From positions 1-6,057 of the IMG/VR virus record IMGVR_UViG_3300012991_000003: DNA of 6,057 nt; one strand, 5' to 3'. How positions within the stretch are numbered: the first letter of the stretch is position 1; every line of letters begins with the position of its first letter. The DNA is from a virus. The notes below the pieces were generated by a model, which worked only from the letters and a program-made list of their open reading frames with translations, was not told the DNA's origin and searched no databases. Made by a program: the position numbers and the translations under genes. This document shows positions 1-6,057 of this stretch, piece after piece.

Positions 1-17
1 TTATGAACCAATAAATA

Positions 18-26
18 TTAATTAAA
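18..26 (+). promoter_or_regulatory. TTAATTAAA motif immediately 5' of the tape-measure-like gene start
   Basis: One of three exact TTAATTAAA copies in the window. All three are intergenic and lie 0-13 nt upstream of an ATG. I found no copy inside a coding region by eye. Function unknown. Confidence 0.25.
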
Positions 27-2987
27 ATGGCACAAGATATTGTTAGATTTATCAAGATCCAAACTGGTGATTCCGAAAGATCTATAAATCAATTAAATAA
101 AGAGATTAGCCAACTTTCTGATGAATTAAATGGATTGACAATCAATTCAAAAAGATATAATGAGGTTAGTAAAGAATTGGCTATTAGGCAGAAAGAATTA
201 ACGAGTATAAATCAATCTCTTCAAATAGCTAGTAGAACTACACAACAGAGATTTGAAAATCTTCAAAAATTTAGTTCTGGACTTACTGCTGGTTTTACAA
301 CTCTAGCGAGTACGTTTGCTTTACTAGGAACTGGTTCTGAGAATTTTGATAAAACAATTACTAAATTAACTGGAAGTTTAGCAATACTTCAATCTATAGG
401 TGGTTTAAAAGATCTTATAGAATCCTTTCCAGGAGTTATAAATGGTTTTAAAAATATAGGAGATTCAATCAAAAGATTCTTTACTGGGGCAGTTAATTCA
501 TTTGATCCCCTTGAAAGGAGACTTACTACTGCTGCTAATAATCTGAAGAATATAGGAAAGATTGATATAAAAGCAGATATAAAGACTTCTGGAACTTCTA
601 CTCAAATTAAGCCAATAGAATCTCCAGATATTGAAGATGTTAACCAAGATTTAGCTGAACAGCAAAAGCAAATCATTCCTTTAAATGAGCAGTGAGAAAA
701 GTACAATAAGCAATTAAAGGATTTAAAAACGGTTCAACCTAAATTGCAGAAACAAACCCAAGATTATACCAAACTTGCTGAGATTCAAGCAAATGCAGTT
801 AAAGAGTTAAAAGAGCAATACAATCTTTTAACTGAACTTCAACATTTAGGAACACCCTTAAGTCCTGAACAATATAAAACTTGAGACGAATTACCTGGAA
901 AAATCAAAGAAGCAGAAAAAGCTCTAGAAATTACGAATTCAGAGATAGCTAAGACTTCAGCAGTTTCTGGAGCAGTTGGAAAACAAATAGACGTTGTAGG
1001 AGGAAAGATTTCTGATACTGAGAAACAAATGAAATCTTTGGGAATTGCAACTTCTAATGTTGGAAGGGTTTTTGGTCAAATTCTTTCTACAGTTGGATGG
1101 TCACTTTTAATTGCAATAATTCTAAAAGGTATTCAAACGTTTTATAATTATATAAAAACAATTAAAACAGCTGCTAAAGAACAAAAAGAATTTAATCAAG
1201 AGTTGAATAAAACTACTAGTGAATTAAGTTCCAGTAAGTTAGCTAAGTTTTATGAGTTACAGAAAGCTTTTGAGGCTATTGGAAATTCTACTGAATCTAA
1301 GAAAAAGTTTCTTGAAGATTATTCTGATCAATTAAAAGAAACTGGTTTAGCAATTAATGACGTTCAAACAGCTGAAGATGCTTTTATAAACAATACAGAT
1401 AAATATGTACAAGCAATAATTGCTAGAGCTAAAATAGATGCTTATAAAGAGCAGATTACTAAGAAGACTCAAGAAACTCTAGAAAAGAATCTGGAATTAG
1501 AAAGGAAAATAGAATCTGGAGAATATAAAACATCTGCAATAGCACAATCTCAAGCAGGAGTAGTTGGTCAAGGATATATTTCAAAAGATGATCTAGAAAC
1601 CCAACGGAAAGTTGTAGAACAAGCAAGAAAGAAACTGGAAGATGAAATCAAAGAAAACAATAAAGAATTAAATGATTTCATTACCAATCAAGTAGGAAAT
1701 ATTTCTAAACTTAATAAAGAGTATTCTGCATTATGGGCTACTAACGATAAAGGTACTAAGGAAACTTCAAAACCAGATATTCCAGATATTCAACTTCCAG
1801 ATATTCAACCTCTACTGGATGAAATTTCAAAGGAAATAGATGATTTCATAGAAGCTGAATATGATGTTGTACTGGGAGACCGGGAGAAAGAATTAAGAGA
1901 GCTGGAAGAGAAATGATTTAAACCTTATAAGGAACTCTATGAAACGTATGGTGGTGATATAAACCAACTTACAGAGGAATATGAACGTAGAAGGAAAGAA
2001 ATTATAGATAAATATAAACCAGAACCAAAAGATACTCAGAAGGAATTGGACGATCAGTTAAAATTGATTAAAGAGTCATACGAACTAACCATTAGTCAAA
2101 TAACTAAAGAGTCTCCTAAAACTACTTATAAACAGTTTGGGCAAACGTTTCAGTATCAATCTGGTAAGGATATAGAGAAAGAGCTTAATAGTACTCTAAC
2201 ATATAATCAGAGAATTTATGAGGCTACTGTAGAAAGAATTAATAAAGAAAATGAAGCTTATCAGAATAGAATAAACCAGATTAATGAAGAATTAAAAGCT
2301 GAAAATCTTTCAGAAGAAGAAAAGAAAAAACTTCTAAAGGAAAGAGACAACCTTGAAAAGTCAATTGACAATAATGATATAGAACGAGAAAATGCTAAAG
2401 AACGCAGAGATCAAGCAAATACAGAAGCTTGAATAGCTAGACAAAAGAAAAGACAACAAGCAGCACAACAAACAGTTGCAGTTGTGTCTAGTGTAAATGC
2501 TAGTATGGGTTCTATATTTGATTCTATAGCCCAAATAAATCAAATGAATATAGACTCTGGAAAGCTTTCTGAGGAGCAAGTTAAAAAGGCAGAAAAACGA
2601 AGAGATAAAGCCTCTAAAACTGCAAAAGGATTTAAAGCTGCTCAAGCTGTTATAGATGCTCTTTCTGCTGCTAATGGAGCTTATTCTAGTATGTCAAGTA
2701 TTCCTTATGTTGGTCCTGCTTTAGGAGCTGCTGCTGCGGCTGCTGCTTTGATAGCTGGATATGCTAACGTTAAACAAATATTAGCTCAAGATGTTTCCGG
2801 TAGTACAATTCAACAAGCTACTGGTACTCCTGCAAGTGTAAATGTACCAGCAATTTCATATACGCGTAACCTAGTAGGAGATAAAGAATTAGAGGAAATA
2901 AATAAACCACAAGTTTGTTTAGTAGTTGAAGATTTAAATAACGTCCAAAATAGAATGCAAGTAAGAGAATCTAATGCTACGTTTTAG
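27..2987 (+). CDS. Large coiled-coil tape-measure-like (or ejection/internal virion) protein, 986 aa with TGA read as Trp
   Basis: Track ORFs 27-695, 1029-1916, 2046-2432 and 2484-2987 all share one frame (start coordinates divisible by 3). I translated the gaps by hand and they hold no TAA or TAG, only in-frame TGA at 693-695, 882-884, 1914-1916 and 2430-2432. The protein continues sensibly across each TGA: NEQ-W-EKYNKQLKD, QYKT-W-DELPGK, LEEK-W-FKPYKELYE, NTEA-W-IARQKKRQQ. Composition fits a tape measure protein: long K/E/Q-rich heptad-like stretches plus Gly/Ala-rich hydrophobic segments (GFTTLASTFALLGTG near nt 290-335, GWSLLIAIILKG near nt 1095-1130, YVGPALGAAAAAAALIAGYA near nt 2706-2765). 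The true stop is TAG at 2985-2987. The CDS itself is well supported. The functional call rests on composition only. Confidence 0.6.
1773..1811 (+). repeat. Short in-frame tandem repeat (CCAGATATT; CCAGATATTCAACTT; CCAGATATTCAACCT) encoding PDI-PDIQL-PDIQP
   Basis: Read directly: ccagatatt (1773-1781), ccagatattcaactt (1782-1796), ccagatattcaacct (1797-1811). It lies inside the tape-measure-like CDS. Confidence 0.7.
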
Positions 2988-3035
2988 AAATTAAAAAAGT
3001 TTCCATTTATAAAATTAGTTTATTTTTAGATAGTT

Positions 3036-3590
3036 ATGATACCTATTTATTATTTAACTTTAAATCCTGAAGATAAGATTAATTTTGTTTCTATTGTAGA
3101 TAATCCAGCTAATGAAATGTTTTTTGAAAAGTTTAGTGAACCTATGAAAGAGCAATTTAGTTTAGATACTGAGAAACAAATAATTACAGGATTGATTGTG
3201 AGTCCAGATACTCCTATACTCAGAAAGAAAGGAGATCAAGAATATTATGTTGCTTTTAATGAAGATTCAATTAGAGAAATAGCTAAAAAGATTATAGATA
3301 ATCCAGAAGCAGTTGATATTCAACATAATGGACAAAAAGTAGATGATGTTCATCTTTTAGAGATTTATATTAAAGATTCAGCCAGAAATATTAATCCAAA
3401 AGGCTTTGAAAGCGCTCCTGATGGAAGTTTATTTGCCAGTTATAAAGTAGATAATCTTAAACTGTGAGAAGGTCTTAAAACGGGTTTATTTGGCTTTTCT
3501 ATTGATGGTTTGTTTCATCTTGATAATTCAGAATTAGATGATTACAAAGAGATATATGAGATTTTAAACAAATTTAAAAACATTAAGTAA
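3036..3590 (+). CDS. Prohead (capsid maturation) protease, XkdF-like (Peptidase_S78_2-type), 184 aa with TGA read as Trp
   Basis: Track ORF 3036-3467 ends at TGA 3465-3467. The same frame runs on to TAA 3588-3590 (LKL-W-EGLKTGLFGFSIDGLFHLDNSELDDYKEIYEILNKFKNIK). From memory, these motifs match XkdF-type phage proteases: N-terminal FVSIVDNPANE, central VDIQHNGQ, and W-x-x-L/V-K-x-G-x-x-x-GFSI-x-G. The position directly upstream of scaffold-like and capsid genes fits the canonical protease-scaffold-capsid order. Confidence 0.72.
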
Positions 3591-4127
3591 ATGAATGAAT
3601 TAACAAAAATTAGACTTAGACTTTCTAAATTGCTTGTTAAACTTAGTGAAGTTCCAACAGATCTTGGAGTTCTCTATAAATCAGAGGATGGAGAATTTGT
3701 AGTTGGAGATCTTGTTTACGTTACTGAGGAATCTGGAGAGTTTATTCCTGCTCCTACTGGAGATTATAAAGCAGAGAAAGTTACTTACAAAGTAGTTGAT
3801 GGAAAGATCAGTGAGATTGTAGAAGAAACTGTAGAAGAACCAATTAAAGAGGAATTAGAAGATGTTCCTTCTCCAGATGGTTCTGTAGAAGCTGTTCCAG
3901 AAGCTATTGTAGAAATCAGAAAAGAAGTAAATGAGCTTTATAATATTGTAGATAAGCTTGTTAAGAAAATGGAAGAGATTGATTCTAAGATTGCTGATAA
4001 TCAGACTACTATTGAAAAGATGTCTTCTATGAGTGCTGCTAAGCCAGCTGTAGAAGAGATTGAGAAAGTTTCTAAGTCTCAATCATTTAAAGATATTGTA
4101 AATGAAGCTAAAAAGAATTTTCGTTAA
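3591..4127 (+). CDS. Scaffolding-like protein (acidic, C-terminal coiled coil), 178 aa
   Basis: The ATG at 3591 abuts the protease stop directly (TAA-ATG). The protein is very acidic and E/K/V-rich (VEETVEEPIKEELEDVPSPDGSVEAVPEAIVEIRKEVNELYNIVDKLVKKMEEIDSKI) and has no Trp. It lies between the protease and the major capsid gene. The call rests on position and composition only. A head decoration protein is an alternative. Confidence 0.5.
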   Translation: MNELTKIRLRLSKLLVKLSEVPTDLGVLYKSEDGEFVVGDLVYVTEESGEFIPAPTGDYKAEKVTYKVVDGKISEIVEETVEEPIKEELEDVPSPDGSVEAVPEAIVEIRKEVNELYNIVDKLVKKMEEIDSKIADNQTTIEKMSSMSAAKPAVEEIEKVSKSQSFKDIVNEAKKNFR

Positions 4128-4138
4128 ACTTTTAAAAA

Positions 4139-4147
4139 TTAATTAAA
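4139..4147 (+). promoter_or_regulatory. TTAATTAAA motif 1 nt upstream of the major capsid gene start
   Basis: Exact repeat of the motif at 18-26 and 5055-5063. Intergenic. Confidence 0.25.
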
Positions 4148-4148
4148 T

Positions 4149-5048
4149 ATGGCTAATCCTGTTATTACTACGCTGACTAATTATATTCAGCAAGAAAGAC
4201 TTCCTCTTATAAGCAAAGCTGTTTTGGGAGCTAAGTCTATTAAAATGTTTTCAAAGCAGACTGGTATTAAGACTTCTGCTGCTATTAATCTACTCACCAC
4301 TGACGTACAGTTCCAGGACGGGAAAGTATGTGGATTCCAAGATGCTGGTACTCAGGAGCTTTCTCAGAGAGTACTTACTACTGGAGTTATTAAGGTAAAT
4401 CTTGAATATTGCAAGAATAAGATGCTTGATAAATGGATGCAATATGAAATTTCTATAAAAGTTGGTGATGAGAGACTTCCATTCGAGCAGGAATTTGTAG
4501 AAGATGTTAATAAGGACATTCAAGCCAAACTTGAGAAAGCTGTTTGGCAGGGAGACACTGCTTCAGGGGATGAAAATCTCAAGTGGTTTGATGGTTTACT
4601 TAAGATTGCCACTAATGATGTTTCTGTAAATAAAGTAACCATTACTGGAACATCTGCTTACGATGATATTATGGCAGTTTATGCTGCTATTCCTGAGCAA
4701 GTTCTTGATAAGGCAGTTATCTTTGTAGGTGCTGATGTTTACAGAAAGTTTGGTACAGAGCTTGTAAATAAGAATTTATTCCATTTTGATAGTTCATATT
4801 CAAATGGCGAAGTTTATATTCCTGGTACTTCTACAAGAGTTGTTAAGGTTAACGGCTTAAATGGTACTGATAAAATCTTTGCTGCTGATCCAAATCGAGT
4901 TTATTTCGGTTGTGATATGGTAGATGATTCTGAGGAATATGATTTCTGGTATAGTAAGGATAACGATTCTTATCGTTTAAATGTTAGATTTAATGCTGGA
5001 GTTCAGTATCCATTCTCTAACGAGGTGGTATTAGGAGCTAAAGCGTAA
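4149..5048 (+). CDS. Major capsid protein (presumed HK97 fold), 299 aa
   Basis: Uninterrupted ORF ending in TAA. It follows the protease and scaffold, and its size fits small HK97-fold capsid proteins. The C-terminal region (SYRLNVRFNAGVQYPFSNEVVLG) resembles capsid-protein C-termini I recall. All four Trp residues use TGG and there is no TGA. The family assignment was not checked by search. Confidence 0.72.
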   Translation: MANPVITTLTNYIQQERLPLISKAVLGAKSIKMFSKQTGIKTSAAINLLTTDVQFQDGKVCGFQDAGTQELSQRVLTTGVIKVNLEYCKNKMLDKWMQYEISIKVGDERLPFEQEFVEDVNKDIQAKLEKAVWQGDTASGDENLKWFDGLLKIATNDVSVNKVTITGTSAYDDIMAVYAAIPEQVLDKAVIFVGADVYRKFGTELVNKNLFHFDSSYSNGEVYIPGTSTRVVKVNGLNGTDKIFAADPNRVYFGCDMVDDSEEYDFWYSKDNDSYRLNVRFNAGVQYPFSNEVVLGAKA

Positions 5049-5054
5049 TTTTTA

Positions 5055-5063
5055 TTAATTAAA
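5055..5063 (+). promoter_or_regulatory. TTAATTAAA motif 13 nt upstream of the GIY-YIG endonuclease start
   Basis: Exact repeat of the motif at 18-26 and 4139-4147. Intergenic, just after the capsid gene stop. Confidence 0.25.
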
Positions 5064-5076
5064 AAATTCACACAAA

Positions 5077-5733
5077 ATGAAACCTCAAAATTACACAGGA
5101 CTCATTTATTTAATCGTTAATGTTGTTAACAACAAAAAGTATGTTGGACAAACAGTTCAAAATATAAAAGATAGATTTTGGGCACATTGTGCTAAAAATT
5201 CTCAATGTCCAAAACTCAGAAATGCAATTCAAAAGTACGGTAAAGAAAACTTCAAAATCATAACTTTAAAAGTATTTGCTTGTAGTGATTTTGAAACTTT
5301 ACACAAACAATTAGACTACTGGGAAACTTGATATATTGAATATTACCATTCAGTAGAACAAGGATATAATTGCTCTGGTGGAGGACAATTTAGCACAGTG
5401 GTTTCTCAAGAAACCAGAGAAAAGTTGAGAAAAGCAATGACTGGAAAAACACATTCCGAAGAATGAAATAAGAAAATAGCGGTATCCCATAAGGGAATTA
5501 AACCTTCCGATGAAACAAGGAAGAAACTCAGTAAAATTCATAAAGGAAAAATACTTTTTTCTATAAGAAAACCGGTAGATCAGTTTGATTTAGACGGGAA
5601 TTTTATAAAACATTGAGATTGTATCTCTGATGCTAGGAAATTCTTCGGGGTGGATAATTCTCATATTTCTGCTGTTTGTAAGGGAAAAAGAGAATCAGCA
5701 TACGGATATAAATGAAAATATTCATTAATTTAA
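5077..5733 (+). CDS. Free-standing GIY-YIG homing endonuclease (I-TevI/Seg-like) with NUMOD3-type repeats and a C-terminal NUMOD1/IENR1-like DNA-binding module, 218 aa with TGA read as Trp
   Basis: Track ORF 5077-5331 ends at TGA 5329-5331. The hand-translated frame continues through TGA at 5464-5466, 5614-5616 and 5713-5715 to TAA 5731-5733. The catalytic-domain landmarks appear in I-TevI order: GLIY, KYVGQT, R in DRFWAH, KYGKENF, E in DYWET-W-YIEYY, and GYN. They are followed by SQETREKLRKAMTGKTHSEE-W-NKKIAVSHKGIKPSDETRKKLSKIHKGK (two NUMOD3-like repeats) and DLDGNFIKH-W-DCISDARKFFGVDNSHISAVCKGKRESAYGYK-W-KYSLI (helix-turn-helix tail with the typical G-aromatic-K-W-x-Y ending). Confidence 0.9.
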
Positions 5734-5748
5734 AAATAGAAAATAATT

Positions 5749-6057
5749 ATGGCTTGTCCTATTACATTGGCCGGAATTCAACTTTCGTGTGAGTCGAGTG
5801 TTGGTGGCCTTAAAACAATATATCTCGTTCAGTCTGATGATGTTACAGATGTAACTCTGAACGAGGAAGGTACTATGATTTCTAACATTACTTTAAAGTC
5901 TCCTGCTAAATGGCTTGAGTATCAATTCCGTAGAGGAACTAGTTCATTTACTTCTACGTTAAGCGCTGATGAGACTACGGGTAATAACTTTGTATCTTCA
6001 GAGATCACTTTGGTGTTTACTAAAATGGAAACATCTAAAAGAATTGAAGTACAAGCA
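5749..6057 (+). CDS. Virion structural protein, 5' partial (possible tail tube / major tail protein); runs off the window
   Basis: ATG at 5749, preceded by an in-frame TAG at 5737-5739. There are 103 open codons to the window edge (MACPITLAGIQLSCESSVGGLKTIYLVQSDDVTDVTLNEEGTMISNITLKSPAKWLEYQFRRGTSSFTSTLSADETTGNNFVSSEITLVFTKMETSKRIEVQA). It is absent from the ORF track, presumably because it is open-ended. The pattern C-x4-GG-hydrophobic-K-x-hydrophobic-Y-hydrophobic followed by beta-rich T/S segments reminds me of some major tail proteins. That is recollection, not an alignment. Confidence 0.4.
   Translation, partial: MACPITLAGIQLSCESSVGGLKTIYLVQSDDVTDVTLNEEGTMISNITLKSPAKWLEYQFRRGTSSFTSTLSADETTGNNFVSSEITLVFTKMETSKRIEVQA

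Noticed and set aside
1-26. The 3' end of an upstream gene at the window edge
   Set aside because: Each + frame hits a TAA within the first 25 nt (12-14, 19-21, 23-25). One frame contains a TGA at 4-6 that could be sense or stop. With so few codons, no frame or product can be supported.
2361-2645. Minus-strand ORF of 94 aa from the track
   Set aside because: It lies fully antisense to the well-supported tape-measure-like CDS. Its translation is low-complexity and rich in S, F, C and L, as expected for the antisense of K/E-rich coding sequence. It has no recognisable motif and is a shadow ORF.
2727-2747. GCT/GCG run (seven Ala codons) as a microsatellite or phase-variation tract
   Set aside because: It is only 21 nt, interrupted by GCG, in frame, and it encodes the core of a Gly/Ala-rich hydrophobic helix (GAAAAAAALIAG). 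This is better explained by the protein sequence requirement than by a contingency repeat.
27-2987. Treating 27-695, 1029-1916, 2046-2432 and 2484-2987 as four separate genes, or as a decayed pseudogene
   Set aside because: All four pieces share one frame. The supposed intergenic gaps (696-1028, 1917-2045, 2433-2483) are open and read as the same coiled-coil protein. Only TGA interrupts the frame, never TAA or TAG, and no frameshift is needed. Two of the track starts are TTG/GTG codons with no independent start signal. Random decay would not use a single stop type across three genes.
2988-3035. Possible terminator or promoter in the 48-nt spacer between the tape-measure-like gene and the protease (also 5049-5076 and 5734-5748)
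   Set aside because: I could find no G+C-containing inverted repeat followed by a T tract, and no clean -35/-10 or Bacteroidota TAnnTTTG match. The spacers are simply A/T-rich, so the genes probably form one transcription unit.
3855-4082. Minus-strand ORF of 75 aa from the track
   Set aside because: It is antisense to the scaffold-like gene, with a low-complexity F/N/L/I-rich translation and no start context or motif. It is a shadow ORF.
4290-4523. Minus-strand ORF of 77 aa from the track
   Set aside because: It is antisense to the major capsid gene, shows no recognisable family features, and would break the single-strand operon layout. It is a shadow ORF.
5350-5541. Minus-strand ORF of 63 aa from the track
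   Set aside because: It appears only because the + strand endonuclease was split at TGA. Once TGA is read as Trp, this region is covered by the NUMOD3-like repeats of the GIY-YIG protein.
693-5715. TGA as selenocysteine, or as Gly (code 25, Gracilibacteria/Absconditabacteria type)
   Set aside because: Selenocysteine is implausible. There are nine sites in structural and nuclease proteins at non-redox positions, with no obvious hairpin immediately downstream of the TGA codons. Gly is less likely than Trp because several sites fall at positions that are aromatic or Trp in homologues (GYK-x-KY, E-x-x-Y-I, x-EGLKTG). An HMM column check is still needed to exclude it formally.
1-6057. tRNA (including a possible suppressor tRNA), CRISPR array, integrase/att sites, or defence/anti-defence cassette
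   Set aside because: Non-coding spacers are all 48 nt or shorter, which is too short for a tRNA or an array. There are no spaced direct repeats. Every long ORF is accounted for by a virion-morphogenesis or homing-endonuclease function.

Overview
This is an AT-rich window (roughly one-third G+C by eye), densely packed, with all real genes on the + strand. It reads as a tailed-phage structural (late) module. The ORF track is misleading because TGA is not a stop here. Nine in-frame TGA codons fall inside three genes. Reading TGA as Trp (translation table 4) fuses the fragments into full-length proteins with no frameshifts. The four track ORFs at 27-695, 1029-1916, 2046-2432 and 2484-2987, plus the gaps between them, become one 986-aa tape-measure-like protein (27-2987). 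ORF 3036-3467 extends to 3590 and completes an XkdF-type prohead protease. ORF 5077-5331 extends to 5733 and completes a GIY-YIG homing endonuclease. Two of the TGA codons sit where relatives have conserved aromatic or Trp residues. All five real terminators are TAA (x4) or TAG (x1), never TGA. Gene order is: tape-measure-like protein, prohead protease, scaffold-like acidic protein, major capsid protein, free-standing GIY-YIG endonuclease, and the 5' part of another structural gene (possibly tail tube). No start codon has a Shine-Dalgarno motif. An exact TTAATTAAA motif lies just upstream of three genes. I found no tRNA, rRNA, CRISPR array or convincing terminator. All four minus-strand ORFs look like shadow ORFs. 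The main result is the stop-codon reassignment and its uneven distribution across genes. I did not find a defence-type or other new multi-gene system in this window.
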